64,000 nt of DNA, from positions 1-64,000 of the forward strand of contig CAVWFS010000016.1 of NCBI GenBank assembly GCA_963754315.1, in the 5' to 3' direction. Source of the DNA: an uncultured Candidatus Rokubacteria bacterium. GTDB lineage: Bacteria; Methylomirabilota; Methylomirabilia; Rokubacteriales; CSP1-6. Made by a program: the position numbers and the translations under genes. Shown here in pieces: positions 8,619-22,634 of the stretch. A model generated the notes under the pieces. The model was not told the origin of the DNA. It saw only the letters and a program-made list of their open reading frames with translations, and did not search any database. The stretch's first letter is position 1, and each line of letters starts with the position of its first letter.

Positions 8619-10694
8619 CTACTGAGGCACCGACGGCGTGAATAACAAGGGCTTGACCGCCAGGCTCACCCGGTTCGCGAGCAGGAAGGGGTGACTTCCC
8701 GCCAGGGCCAGGCCTGCGTAGGCGAGGTAGGTCCCCGCCTGGTCGAACGCGCCAAACTGGTGCTCGAAAGGCAGCGCGAGGGGTACCGCCGTGACGTTGG
8801 CTCGGAAGGGCACCGGCGTCGAACCGATCACTATGGCCACAACCCCCGGTTCCTGCTCAACGAACGAAAGCAAGGTGCCATCGGGCAGGCGAGTCCCAAA
8901 GTAGATGTCCACAGGCGTCTGGGCGAGCCCTGGGTTCACGGTGGCGTGGTAGGTGACGATGTCCCCGGTCTCGAAGGTCGCCCCGTTAAGTTCGACCGCG
9001 GCTAGGAGCACGCCGAATTCGAAGGCGCCGACATCACAGGAGGCCCCGAGGGGCCGGCGCGCGCCGCGCTGGTCGATGGCCGGACAGCCGACCCCTGTGC
9101 CGAGGTCGATGGCGGGGCTGCCCGGGAGCAGGGCATGGGTGCGCGTGGGCCCCCCATTGTTCTGGAGCGGCCCTAGCTGGGCGTCGGTGTTCGGGCGATC
9201 GCCGCCCGCGTTGAACGTGCAGGAGCTGTCGCTGGCGATGTTGAATCCCTGGGAGATGTGCTTGCCACCCTGGGCGATTGAGCACATCGTTCCCGTCCCG
9301 CTCACGATGGTATTCAGGAACGTAGTCCGGCCCGTGGCTGAGGTCGTCACCTGGGCGGCTCCGCCCGCCCCGTTCTCGGCCACGGTCGCGTTCCGCAGGT
9401 GGATCGTGGCGGCGCCCAGCATGGACACGCCGCTCCCCCCGTTCCGGCTGATCGTGCTGTTGGTGGCGGTCACCTCGGCGGCGCCGCCCACCAAGAGCCC
9501 CACCCCCTCGTTCTCGAAGAGGCTGCTGCGCGCCAGGGTCACGGTGCCGCCCGCCACCTGGATGCCCACCGTGTTCCTGGTGAGGGAGGTGTCAGCGATC
9601 GACACGTCGCCCTCCACATGAAGGGCCGGGACGCCAAGGTTCTCGGAGAAGACGGAGTTGCGCACGGTGAGCGGCCCGTGGCTCATAACGGCTCCTCCAA
9701 GCCCGCTCGTGAAGTGCTCGGTGACCGCCACTGCCTCAAGCGTGGCCCCACCGGATGGCCCGTTGTAGAGCGCGAGCCCTCCGGGCAGGTCCCCCAATCC
9801 CAAGCCGTTCTGGCGCAGAGTGCCACTGGTCAAGGTGAGAGTGCCGGCGTTGTGGATGCCCCCGCCCGTCTCGGCCGCCGTGTTCAGAACGATGTCGGTG
9901 CCGGTGATGGACAGGATCCCCTCGGGGGCGCTGAGTCCCCCACCGACCATGGCGGTATTCCCCTCGATGAGTCCGCCCTCGATAGTAGTGGTGCCCCTCA
10001 CGACGAGCCCGCCACCCGTCCCATTCTCGCCCTGCGCCCGGTTGTTGCGGACGATGGTATCGACCAGCACGAGGCGCGGCACGAGGCCGGCGGCGTGGAT
10101 GCCGCCCCCGTGATCGGACTCGTTGTTCTCGATGAGCGATTCGGTCAGGGTTACCTTGCCGGTCATGTTCTCGATGGCCCCGCCCGTCTGTTTGCCGGTG
10201 AGAGGCGTTCCGCTGTTGCGGATGGTGCTGCGCGTCAGCACGAGCGTGCCCCCCTCCACCCGGATAGCGCCTCCGACCCCACTCTGGGTGGCTAGAGGGG
10301 CAAAGCCGTTCGTGAGCACCAGGTGCTCGAGAACGAGGGTGGCGTCGGTGAACACGCTGAAGAGCCTGGTGGCGTTGCCACCGCTCAGGGTGATCAGTCC
10401 AGCGCCCCGGATTGTGGTCGTTCCGGAACGTATCGTCTTCTGGTTAGACAGGATGATGATGTGCGCTGCCGGCCCGCAGTTGAAGGTGATGAGACCACCG
10501 CCGGCGAGGGCCGCGTCGAGGGCGGTCTCCGTGCAGCTGGTGGCCGTCCCGTTGCCGACGACCCCGGCCGCAGCGGCTGCCGACGGGAAGGCAAAAGTGA
10601 GAAAGAGAACGAACAAGCCCACGGCGAGACTGAATCGATCAGCCGAAACGGGACTCTCTCTCAAGGCGCCTTGGGGAGTGTAGTCCATTCCCAT
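8619..10694 (-). CDS. Secreted beta-helix (polymorphic outer membrane repeat) protein with choice-of-anchor Q domain
   Basis: Signal peptide; VVGNGTATSCTE...ITFNCG N-terminus; GGAI repeats; LGPLQNNGGPTRTHALLPGSPAIDLG...DQRG...CDVGAFE; extra C-terminal beta domain; start uncertain. Confidence 0.8.
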   Translation of the reverse strand: MGMDYTPQGALRESPVSADRFSLAVGLFVLFLTFAFPSAAAAAGVVGNGTATSCTETALDAALAGGGLITFNCGPAAHIIILSNQKTIRSGTTTIRGAGLITLSGGNATRLFSVFTDATLVLEHLVLTNGFAPLATQSGVGGAIRVEGGTLVLTRSTIRNSGTPLTGKQTGGAIENMTGKVTLTESLIENNESDHGGGIHAAGLVPRLVLVDTIVRNNRAQGENGTGGGLVVRGTTTIEGGLIEGNTAMVGGGLSAPEGILSITGTDIVLNTAAETGGGIHNAGTLTLTSGTLRQNGLGLGDLPGGLALYNGPSGGATLEAVAVTEHFTSGLGGAVMSHGPLTVRNSVFSENLGVPALHVEGDVSIADTSLTRNTVGIQVAGGTVTLARSSLFENEGVGLLVGGAAEVTATNSTISRNGGSGVSMLGAATIHLRNATVAENGAGGAAQVTTSATGRTTFLNTIVSGTGTMCSIAQGGKHISQGFNIASDSSCTFNAGGDRPNTDAQLGPLQNNGGPTRTHALLPGSPAIDLGTGVGCPAIDQRGARRPLGASCDVGAFEFGVLLAAVELNGATFETGDIVTYHATVNPGLAQTPVDIYFGTRLPDGTLLSFVEQEPGVVAIVIGSTPVPFRANVTAVPLALPFEHQFGAFDQAGTYLAYAGLALAGSHPFLLANRVSLAVKPLLFTPSVPQ

Positions 10695-10929
10695 ACCCAA
10701 TGTCGACGTTTCCCGACGCCGGGATGCGTTCGGCTCGGGCCGGCGACTCTTGAGCAAGATCGTGAGGGTGAGCTCGAGCTTCTTCCCGGAGGCGCCCGTT
10801 GGATGATGGGCCATCGCCGTCCGCGCGAGGTCCTCCGGGCCGGACCGGCCCTACGGGACATGGCGACGACGTTCGGCGCTGCCCCTCGCTCGTTTCGCCG
10901 GCTAACAGGCTTGTCCGACACATCTGGCG

Positions 10930-11345
10930 GGGTTGTCGGACATGAGCACGCCGATGCGCGTGGCTTTAGGAAACACAGCGTGCAACAACTCGCATAGCCG
11001 CCTTGGTCCCGGGGGGTATCTGGGCAACGATGCCGGCGGGTTTCAGCGCGACGAGTTCGGCGACAAGGCCGCGGCGGCGAGTTGCGCGGCGAGGAGGGCT
11101 GAGCCTATGTCAGTTACCCCATGCCACGATGAGATCGACCTTGGCGGTCAGCAAGCTCGCGACAAGATCAGCATAGCGCTCCAGACGCCCCTCGGCGCCT
11201 CGATACTCGACGATAAGGTTCTGGCCCTCCTCATACCCGAGGGTGCGCAGTGCTGGAGCAATGAGACAGCAGGTGACTACCATATGAGCGGGACTGAGCA
11301 AGCCAAGCCGCCATACCTTCCCGGCCGGCTGTTGCGTCACCAACG
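10930..11345 (-). pseudogene. Fragmented ABC_sub_bind (PF04392-type) substrate-binding protein
   Basis: QQPAGKVWRLGLL..LRTLGYEEGQNLIVEYRGAEG..KVDLIVA, then LVAELVALKP and ELLHAVFPKATRIGVL fragments separated by stops and shifts. Confidence 0.6.
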
Positions 11346-11397
11346 AGTGGCGCGGCCAGGAGGCCGACAGCCGTCATGATGAAGGTTCGGCGATTCA

Positions 11398-11598
11398 TCA
11401 CTGGATGATCCCTGAGCGCGGGATGGTCAGCCCGATCGCCTTCGCAGTGTAAGGCAGTTCACCTCTCCAATATAGCAGCCGCGTGATACTGCCGTCGTCG
11501 TTCGGCATGACCCGCTGATGCCGGAGAGCGACCCATGCTCCTCGCGGCGATCTGACCCACCACCGCTCGGTGCCGTCTGGCCGAATTGATTCGGCCAT
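11398..11598 (-). CDS. Small hypothetical ORF ending in an ABC_sub_bind-type C-terminal fragment (TAKAIGLTIP)
   Basis: ATG preceded by GGGAG; chimeric appearance. Confidence 0.35.
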   Translation of the reverse strand: MAESIRPDGTERWWVRSPRGAWVALRHQRVMPNDDGSITRLLYWRGELPYTAKAIGLTIPRSGIIQ

Positions 11599-11927
11599 AG
11601 TCTCCCGTGTCCTATAGTTGGTTTTCTCACGGTCGATTCTCGCCGCCTGCTCCGCTGTCCTGTGTGCCAGTAGAGCTTGCCGAGGCCGAGGTGGCAGTGG
11701 GCGACGAGCGGCCGCTGGCCCAGTTCACCGGCTGTTCCTAATCGCGACACCCCAACTTGCGTCGCGTAAGATCGCGGCTCACACGGCAACATACCTGCTA
11801 CCGCGCCCGCTGCCCTCTGCCCGTTGCCTCATATCGTGCAGGCTCAAGCAACCGAACCAAACACGGAGAAGTCATCCATCCTGCTGCGGTGCGCTACTGC
11901 GTGTGTGTCATGCAACTAATCGATTTA

Positions 11928-12016
11928 TGGCGGAGGGCGAGGGATTCGAACCCCCATGGGGCTTGCGCCCCGGTAGATTTCAAGTCTACTGCCTTACCAG
12001 TTGAGGCTAGCCCTCC
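11928..12016 (-). tRNA. tRNA-Ser(TGA)
   Basis: Reverse complement GGAGGGCTAGCC...GTAGA-CTTGAAA-TCTAC, long variable arm, GGTTCGAATCC, GCCCTCCG-CCA. Confidence 0.95.
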
Positions 12017-12408
12017 GGGCCCTGCTGCAACCGATCTTTACGATACACCAAGCGGCGTGACCACTTCTGGAGCGCCAAGTTCGTGGCTCGAAACGAGGCT
12101 CCCCGGTCTCGCTACAGTACTCTTACTGCCGCGTGGGGGCGGCGTGGGCACCAAAGTAACCCTCCCTCCAAGCCCTACCGCGGCCCATACTTACGCTATC
12201 CGGAGCGGGCTCGAATCCGGGCTGTGCTCACTCTCATCCCAAAGTCATGGGCCCCCAGGCGATTCGACCGCATTGGACCATCGGAAGCGTGCTCCTGATA
12301 ACCTGGCTGATCGTCCGCTTGGTCCTGTGGGTTCATTGGTTCGGATTCAGGTAGCCCCGCTTGAACCGTCGCAAGGCACCCTTGTTGCCGAACACTACAA
12401 GGACCTGA

Positions 12409-12822
12409 CTAACGACCGGCCTTCATCAGGCGGACGACCCTCCCGACACGGAGGCCGTCCTGGCAGCTCTTGAAGTAGCGGTCATTAGCCTCGTCCGGCC
12501 CTAGGTCCTCCACGTGCTTGCTCGGCCTCGGTGAGCGCCGACGTGGGCACCGAGTAGTCGAACACGACCTCGCCGCCGGCCGGCATGCCCGCCGCGAATT
12601 TCAGCGTCTCCAAGACGGCGCCCTTGGTCAGATATATGACCACCCCCAGCAGTGAGAAGACGGCGGGCTCGTCTGCCTTGAAGCCGGCACGACGCAGCCC
12701 GTCAGCGAGCGCTTCCTTCTCGAAGTCGACAGGCGAGAAGGTCAGCAAGCCGGGAATGTCGATTCCTGTCTCGTGCAAGCGGGTGCGCTTCCAGGCCTGG
12801 GTGGACGGATGATCCACCTCAC
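12409..12822 (-). pseudogene. Truncated, internally deleted paralog of the 7016-7951 methyltransferase
   Basis: EVDHPSTQAWKR...LGVVIYLT...VFDYSV, then in another frame DRYFKSCQDGLRVGRVVRLMKAGR*, matching the intact paralog's C-terminus; N-terminal half missing. Confidence 0.8.
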
Positions 12823-12904
12823 TGGGCTCTTGCGGCCGATCATCCCGATGGGCCAGAATGTCGTCTGTACCTGAGCACACGCACGCCGGGGAGGCGCAAA
12901 GGAG

Positions 12905-13198
12905 ATGGGCATCGTGGCAGGTCGTCTGGCGGCGTTGGCGCTGGTCGCGCTGGTGGCGGGAGGCTGCGCCTACATGAGGTTTCAGAAGCCGCCCGACCCC
13001 AAGCTGGTTAAATGTGGGGTCATCCAGGTCCCGTTCTGGTACTCGCTGGACGAGTCTCAGGACGCAGTCTACCGTGAAGCGGGCTGCATCCAGGCTCGCG
13101 AGGATGAGGGATACATCACGGCTCTGCCCGAGCCCTACTTCTTCTTCATAAGCTCGGGCAGTCTCTACACTGGCAAGCCCACGTACGATACCCGCTGA
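12905..13198 (+). CDS. Hypothetical lipoprotein
   Basis: AAGGAG SD; hydrophobic signal ending VAGGC lipobox. Confidence 0.65.
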   Translation: MGIVAGRLAALALVALVAGGCAYMRFQKPPDPKLVKCGVIQVPFWYSLDESQDAVYREAGCIQAREDEGYITALPEPYFFFISSGSLYTGKPTYDTR

Positions 13199-13219
13199 GC
13201 CGAACCGCCCGTAGCTATT

Positions 13220-13633
13220 TCACCTCGCGCCCAGCGCCTTGGCCGCGCGGGTGACATCCCTGGGGGCCACCCACAGAATCGCGCCATATCGGCCGGCCCC
13301 CGCGCACACTGCGTCGACCGCAGTCACGTTGATCTTGGCGTCGCCCAACGTGGCCATGATGCCCCCGACTGCGCCCGGTCGGTCATCACCCTCGACCAGG
13401 AGCGCACGCTTGGGTCCCACCACCTTCCACTTGGCCTTGCGGGCAGCCGCCCTGAACGCACGCGGGTCCTCCGGCACGAAGTCGATCTGGGCACCTCGTC
13501 CGCTCGGGAAACCTGAAAATGCCACCAGGTTGACACCAGCGTTTTTGAGCTCGGTGAGCAGGCTGGCCCCCACTCCCGGCTTGCTCGGCGCCTGGACGTA
13601 GAAGTACTCGACAATTCGTATCGTGTCGGCCAT
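13220..13633 (-). CDS. Tandem ACT-domain protein
   Basis: Two ACT-like repeats (PSKPGVGA..AGVNL; DDRPGAVG..AKINV); AAGGAGG SD. Confidence 0.75.
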   Translation of the reverse strand: MADTIRIVEYFYVQAPSKPGVGASLLTELKNAGVNLVAFSGFPSGRGAQIDFVPEDPRAFRAAARKAKWKVVGPKRALLVEGDDRPGAVGGIMATLGDAKINVTAVDAVCAGAGRYGAILWVAPRDVTRAAKALGAR

Positions 13634-13725
13634 GGCCTGCCGCCTCCTTCTCGGATGAGCCCATCCGATCTTGACCGGCCCCTACCGCCGGAAGATTAGC
13701 ACGGACCCGCCGTATCTGGGGCGGC

Positions 13726-14517
13726 CTACCCCGGTTGGCCTCCCTTCATCACGACCAGGCCGCCAGGAGAGGACGCGCCGCCGGAAGGCTCGACGGTTAC
13801 GGTGAAGAGATCGGGGCGCTCGGTCCCGGCGGCGACGACGAGCGCTGCGTGGCCGATGGCGTCCACGTCGAAGACGCCCGCCGATCTCGGTTGCTGGCCC
13901 GCGGTCACCCAGAGCTGGTACTGCTTATCAGGGGACAGAGTCGGGAGGTTGTGAACAACGAGGTAGCCGCGCTTCCGGGCTGGGCTCCACACAACCCATC
14001 CCTCGGCCCGCTCTGCCTGTCCGGTCCCTCGCAGCCCAACGACACTCGTATCCGTGTTCGAGACCAGGGTCGTGAGCGCCTGCTGTTCGGCAAGCTCCCG
14101 CTGGAGCTGTTCGATGGAGGCCTGCTGGCGTTCGACGGTGGATCGCGTGTCGTAGATTCCCCATACGAGGATTCCGGCCAACCCGGCCGCTACCAGACTC
14201 CCTGCCCAGGGTCCCAGTCGCCTCATCTGGGGCTTCCGCGATCGCGACTCGCCAGGCGATGACTTCTTTTCCTGGGCCGCACGCGCGATGACCCGACCGC
14301 GGAGGCTTGCTGGCACCCGCACGTCAGGTAGGGTCAGGGGCAGAGCGGCGGCCACGTCTGCGTACTGACGCTGGGTCTCCTCGCATCGCGCGCAGCCTGC
14401 TGCCAGATGCGCCTGGAAGCGAATCCGCTCGTCGGCGTCGAGGGCACCGACGGAGGCGAGCGCCGACCACCCATCGAACGGCTCGTGCGGCATCGGTAAC
14501 GTGGGTGAGGAGCTCAT
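13726..14517 (-). CDS. Anti-sigma factor, RskA type
   Basis: GALD..E..F.AHLAAGCARC zinc-finger, single TM helix, YQLW...FTVTVEPSGG RskA C-terminal motif; ATGA overlap with the sigma gene. Confidence 0.85.
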   Translation of the reverse strand: MSSSPTLPMPHEPFDGWSALASVGALDADERIRFQAHLAAGCARCEETQRQYADVAAALPLTLPDVRVPASLRGRVIARAAQEKKSSPGESRSRKPQMRRLGPWAGSLVAAGLAGILVWGIYDTRSTVERQQASIEQLQRELAEQQALTTLVSNTDTSVVGLRGTGQAERAEGWVVWSPARKRGYLVVHNLPTLSPDKQYQLWVTAGQQPRSAGVFDVDAIGHAALVVAAGTERPDLFTVTVEPSGGASSPGGLVVMKGGQPG

Positions 14518-15074
14518 GGCACGATCCATTCCTTGCCCCGCAGCACCTCTCTCAGGCGCTCGAGCCCGGTTCGCATCCGCGTCTTGACCGTTCCCAGCGG
14601 CAGGCCGGTGCGAGTAGCAATCTCCGACTGAGTCAGCCCTTCGTAGTAGGCGAGCTCCAGTAACTCTCGCTGGACGTGCGCTAACTCGTCAAGGGCGCCC
14701 TTGACGCGTTGACGCTCCGCCAGCTGAGACACGCTTTCGGGCGCCGGATCGGCGATGTCTTGACTCGGCCGGGCCTCCAGATGCTCTCCTCTGCGCCGGG
14801 CGGCACGCAGGGCATCGATCGCGCGTGCCCTGGCAAGGGTCACGAGCCACGCCTCTGGCCCGCCCCGCGCGGGATCGTAGCGGCTGGCGTCGCGCCAGAC
14901 CTGCAGAAAGGTCGCCTGCACCACCTCGTCGGCATCGGCACGGTTTCGGACGATGCGAAAGACCAAGTTGTACACGAGCTGGATGTGGCGGTCGTAGAAC
15001 TGCTCGAGGGCGGCGACGTGGCCCAAGGCAATGTCATGGATCAGCGCGCCCGGGTGCGGTGAGACCGAGGCCAT
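14514..15074 (-). CDS. ECF RNA polymerase sigma factor (SigK-like)
   Basis: Region 2 (ADEVVQATFLQVW...WLVTLARARAID) and region 4 (YYEGLTQSEIA..PLGTVKTRMR). Confidence 0.88.
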   Translation of the reverse strand: MASVSPHPGALIHDIALGHVAALEQFYDRHIQLVYNLVFRIVRNRADADEVVQATFLQVWRDASRYDPARGGPEAWLVTLARARAIDALRAARRRGEHLEARPSQDIADPAPESVSQLAERQRVKGALDELAHVQRELLELAYYEGLTQSEIATRTGLPLGTVKTRMRTGLERLREVLRGKEWIVP

Positions 15075-15323
15075 TCTCAGACTCGGCCGGCCCGCGATCC
15101 CCATGGCCGGGATCGAGGAATCACGCCCCTCCCCCGGGGGGTTCTTTGTGACACGCGCGTCATATGCGGTGAGATCGCTCCGCCTGATCATGTCGCCCGA
15201 GCAGCGCTCGAGGCATGCGACCCGCCTGTGAGGCTACCACGAGCGCCGCCTCCCATGCCTCTTAGTAGCTACGTCGAAACAGGACCCCTCGGATTGACCC
15301 TGGGGTCGGGGCAATGGCTCCGT

Positions 15324-16620
<1,297 letters not shown>

Positions 16621-16626
16621 GTGAAG

Positions 16627-19065
16627 CTAGGTCGTCTCGGCGGGGGCTTGCTCCGCCTCTACTCGTGCCACGGACCCCACGCGGTCGTCCGCCTCGAGGT
16701 CGATGATGCGCACCCCCATGGTGTTTCGGCCCTGGGAGGAAACGTCGCCCGCGTGGAAGCGGATGATCTTGCCCTTGGTGGTCACCACGAGAATGTCGTC
16801 GCCCTCACGAACCTGGAGCATGCTCACCACGGCGCCGTTGCGCCCGCCGGTCTTGATGTCGATGATGCCCTTACCGGCCCGGCCCTGCAGGCGATACTCC
16901 TCGAGCGGAGTGCGCTTGCCGTAACCGCGCTCGGTCACGGTCAGGATGAGGACACCTTCCTGAACCACGTCGGCGGCAATGACCGCGTCGTCCTCTTCCA
17001 GCTCGATGCCACGCACACCGCTGGCGCCTCGGCCCATCGGGCGCGCCTCGTCCTCGGCAAAGCGGATGATCATGCCTGACTTGGTGGCGATCATGACCTC
17101 GCGCTGGCCATCGGTGCGCAGGGCTTTGATGACTTCGTCCCCCTCCTCGAGCCCGATGGCCTGGATGCCCCCGGCCCGGGGATGGGAGTACGCCTCGAGC
17201 TCGGTTTTCTTCACCTTGCCCTGGCGGGTGGCGAAGATGACGAAGCCACCCGAGGCGAAATCGCGCACCGGCACGCAGGTGGCCACCCGCTCACCCTCCC
17301 CTAGCGACAGGAGGTTCACCATGGCCTTGCCCTTGGCCTGGCGCCCTCCTTCCGGCATCTCGTGAACCTTGAGCCAGTGCACCTTGCCGAGATTGGTGAA
17401 GAACAACAGGTAGGAATGGGTGGAGGCGATGAACAGGTCCTCGACGACGTCCTCCTCCTTCGTTTCCATCCCCGTCACACCCTTGCCACCCCGCCGCTGG
17501 CTTCGGTAGGCCTCCACGTGGGTGCGCTTGATGTACCCGGAGCGCGTGATCGTGACCACCATCTCCTCGTCGGCCAGCAGGTCCTCGATGGTCAGCTCGG
17601 TGGTCTCTGTCAAGATCTCCGTGCGCCGCCCATCCCCGTACTCCTCCTTGATGGCGAGCAGTTCGCCCCGGATCAGTCCCATCAGCTTGGTGTCGGAGGC
17701 CAGGATGCTCTTCAGCTCCTCGATGAGCTTCAGGACTTGCTCGTGCTCCTCCACGATCTTCTGGCGCTCGAGGGCGGCCAGCCGTCTGAGCTGCATGTCG
17801 AGGATGGCCTTGGCCTGGATCTCGGTGAGTTCGAGCCGGGTCATCAAGGTGTCGCGGGCCACGTCGGCATTCTCGGCCTGGCGGATGATGCGGATCACCA
17901 GATCGAGGTGGTCCACGGCCTTGCGCAAGCCGGCCAGGATGTGGGCGCGCTCCTCGGCCCGGGCAAGGTCGTAGCGCGTGCGTCGGACGACGATCTCGCG
18001 CCGGAACTTCACGAAGGCCTCGAGCATCTGCTTGAGGTTCACCACCTGAGGGCGGCGGTCGACGAGGGCGAGCATGATGATCCCGAACGTGGTCTGCATC
18101 TGGGTGTGTTTGTAGAGCTGGTTCAGGATGATCTGGGGGATCTCCCCTCGCCCAAGCTCCATGACGACCCGGATACCTTCGCGGTTGGTCTCGTCGCGGA
18201 TCTCCGAGATGCCGTCGATCTTCCGCTCGCGTGACAGCTCCGAGATCTTCTCGATGAGGCTCGCCTTGTTCACCTGGTAGGGCAGTTCGGTGATGATGAT
18301 GGCTTCGCGGCCGCCCCGCAGCTTTTCGGCATGGGCCTTGGCTCTGAGGGTGATGGTGCCGCGGCCGGTGGTGTACGCCTCGCGGATACCGCCCGTCCCG
18401 TAGATATAGCCAGCGGTGGGAAAGTCCGGCCCTTTCACCACCTTCATGAGCTTCTCGACGGATGTCTCGGGGTCGTCCACCAGTGCCACCAGGCCGTCGA
18501 CTACCTCGGTGAGGTTGTGGGGCGGGATGTTGGTGGCCATGCCCACCGCGATCCCGGCCGAGCCGTTGATGAGGAGGTTGGGGACGCGGGCGGGCAGGAC
18601 TGTCGGCTCCTCGAGAGACTCGTCGAAGTTGGGGACGAAGTCGACTGTCTCCTTGTCGATGTCCTGCAGCATCTCGTGGGCGATCTTCGCCAGCCGCGCC
18701 TCGGTGTAGCGCATGGCGGCCGGTGGGTCGCCGTCGATGGAACCGAAGTTCCCTTGCCCGTCCACCAGCGGGTAGCGCAGAGAGAATTCCTGCACCATGC
18801 GCACGATGGCCTCGTAGACGGGCGAGTCGCCATGGGGGTGATACTTGCCGAGCACCTCGCCCACCACCCGCGCCGCTTTCTTGTAGGGCCGGTTCCACAC
18901 CAGGCCCAGCTCCTGCATGGCATACAGCACCCGCCGGTGAACAGGCTTGAGGCCATCGCGGATGTCCGGCAGGGCGCGGCCCACGATGACGGACATGGCG
19001 TAGTCCAGGTAGGACTTCCGCATCTCCTCTTCGATCGGAACCGGTACCTGGCGCTCGTTAGGCAT
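16627..19065 (-). CDS. gyrA: DNA gyrase subunit A
   Basis: [30 protein letters not shown], GyrA-box QRRGGKG, beta-pinwheel repeats. Confidence 0.97.
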   Translation of the reverse strand: MPNERQVPVPIEEEMRKSYLDYAMSVIVGRALPDIRDGLKPVHRRVLYAMQELGLVWNRPYKKAARVVGEVLGKYHPHGDSPVYEAIVRMVQEFSLRYPLVDGQGNFGSIDGDPPAAMRYTEARLAKIAHEMLQDIDKETVDFVPNFDESLEEPTVLPARVPNLLINGSAGIAVGMATNIPPHNLTEVVDGLVALVDDPETSVEKLMKVVKGPDFPTAGYIYGTGGIREAYTTGRGTITLRAKAHAEKLRGGREAIIITELPYQVNKASLIEKISELSRERKIDGISEIRDETNREGIRVVMELGRGEIPQIILNQLYKHTQMQTTFGIIMLALVDRRPQVVNLKQMLEAFVKFRREIVVRRTRYDLARAEERAHILAGLRKAVDHLDLVIRIIRQAENADVARDTLMTRLELTEIQAKAILDMQLRRLAALERQKIVEEHEQVLKLIEELKSILASDTKLMGLIRGELLAIKEEYGDGRRTEILTETTELTIEDLLADEEMVVTITRSGYIKRTHVEAYRSQRRGGKGVTGMETKEEDVVEDLFIASTHSYLLFFTNLGKVHWLKVHEMPEGGRQAKGKAMVNLLSLGEGERVATCVPVRDFASGGFVIFATRQGKVKKTELEAYSHPRAGGIQAIGLEEGDEVIKALRTDGQREVMIATKSGMIIRFAEDEARPMGRGASGVRGIELEEDDAVIAADVVQEGVLILTVTERGYGKRTPLEEYRLQGRAGKGIIDIKTGGRNGAVVSMLQVREGDDILVVTTKGKIIRFHAGDVSSQGRNTMGVRIIDLEADDRVGSVARVEAEQAPAETT

Positions 19066-19075
19066 GACGTGATCC

Positions 19076-19148
19076 AGATGGGGGGTGCCACGGGTCCCCC
19101 GAGGCACCCCGAACGGGGGGTGCCGGGGGTGAATCTGGACCCCCCATC
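19076..19148. repeat. Structured GC-rich intergenic repeat, copy 1 (gyrB-gyrA spacer)
   Basis: GGGGTGCC-ACGGGTCCCCCGA-GGCACCCC-GAA..GGGGG..GCCGGGGG..CCCCCCAT; homologous to 37837-37913. Confidence 0.75.
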
Positions 19149-19164
19149 CGAGATAGTCGGTCGC

Positions 19165-21540
<2,376 letters not shown>

Positions 21541-21544
<4 letters not shown>

Positions 21545-22596
21545 GCCGCGGCAATTCCTCCATCCCTGACCTCCCAGCGCGCGGCCCCCCGCGCCGTCAC
21601 CGGCTCGGGCGCAGTGAGAAATACCTGCTCCGTCCCCTCGGTCTCACGCAGGACGTTCTCGCGGACACCAGGATCGAGCTCGGATAGCGCATCGTCGAGC
21701 AGCAGCACCGGCGATGTTCCCGCCGCCTCACGGACGGGAGTAATCTCGGCCAGCCTGAGGGCAAGGGTGAGCAACCGTTGCCGGCCCCGCGACGCAAACG
21801 TTCTGGCATCGACCCCATCGAGCTCGATCAGCAGATCGTCACGGTGCGGGCCGACCAAGGTCTGACCCTGCCGAACCTCGTTGTTATAGGCGCGCTCGAG
21901 GGCGGCCACAAAGCTCGCCCGATCGCTCGCCTCGCCGATGCACGCGCGATAACGAACCTCCACCTTTTCCCGGCTCCCGGCCAACCCCGAATACACTCGC
22001 GCCAGTTCTCCCTGGATCGCGGCCACCGCCCGCCGACGCCTGTCGATCAACTCGAGCCCGACCGCAACGAGCTGTTCGTTCCAGGGGTCGAGCCGATCAC
22101 CTCCCGTCCCCGGTCCTCCCTGCAGAAGCCTGTTCCGGCTCGCCAGAACCTTCCGATAGCGAATGAGCGTGGCCATGTGGGTCGGATACAAACGACCAGC
22201 AAAGCCATCGACAAAGTCTCGACGGGACGAGGGCGAGCCATTCACGATGGCGAGGTCTTGCCAGTCGAACGCAATGGCGCGCGCCCACGGACACGACTCC
22301 CCCCGTGCCCTCCACACTCCCGCTTCGGTCCTCGCAATCGTCCGCCGGACGCTCGAAACCCCGTCACTCCGGTGTAGCTCACCACTCACCGAAGCAGACT
22401 GGCAGTCCCACCGTGGGATCTCCCCAAGGCGAAAAGTCCGGAACGATCGTCCAGTCAGCAGCACGCCAAGCGCCTCGAGAAGGTTGGATTTGCCCTGGGC
22501 ATTGGCCCCGGTAATCAGATTGACGCGGGGGGCTGGTACGTAACTCAGGGTGCAGTAGTTACGAAACTCCGAGAGCTCTATCGAGCCAATCTGCAC
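21541..22596 (-). CDS. recF: DNA replication and repair protein RecF
   Basis: FRNY, GANAQGKSNLLEA, GPHRDDL, ASRGRQR, LLLDDALSELD; position between dnaN and gyrB. Confidence 0.93.
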
Positions 22597-22634
22597 CCGG
22601 TATAAACCTCTGTTATTATTGACTAAAAATGTCT

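Noticed and set aside
12200..12360. tRNA-like words (GGCTCGAATCC, GGTTCGGATTC) and a 35-aa hydrophobic ORF at 12247-12354
   Set aside because: No cloverleaf could be folded; the ORF has no SD or recognisable homology
19082..19147. Repeat as an HDV-like or hammerhead ribozyme
   Set aside because: No P2 strand between P1 and P3 as HDV topology needs, no CUGANGA core, and the copies are in opposite transcriptional orientation
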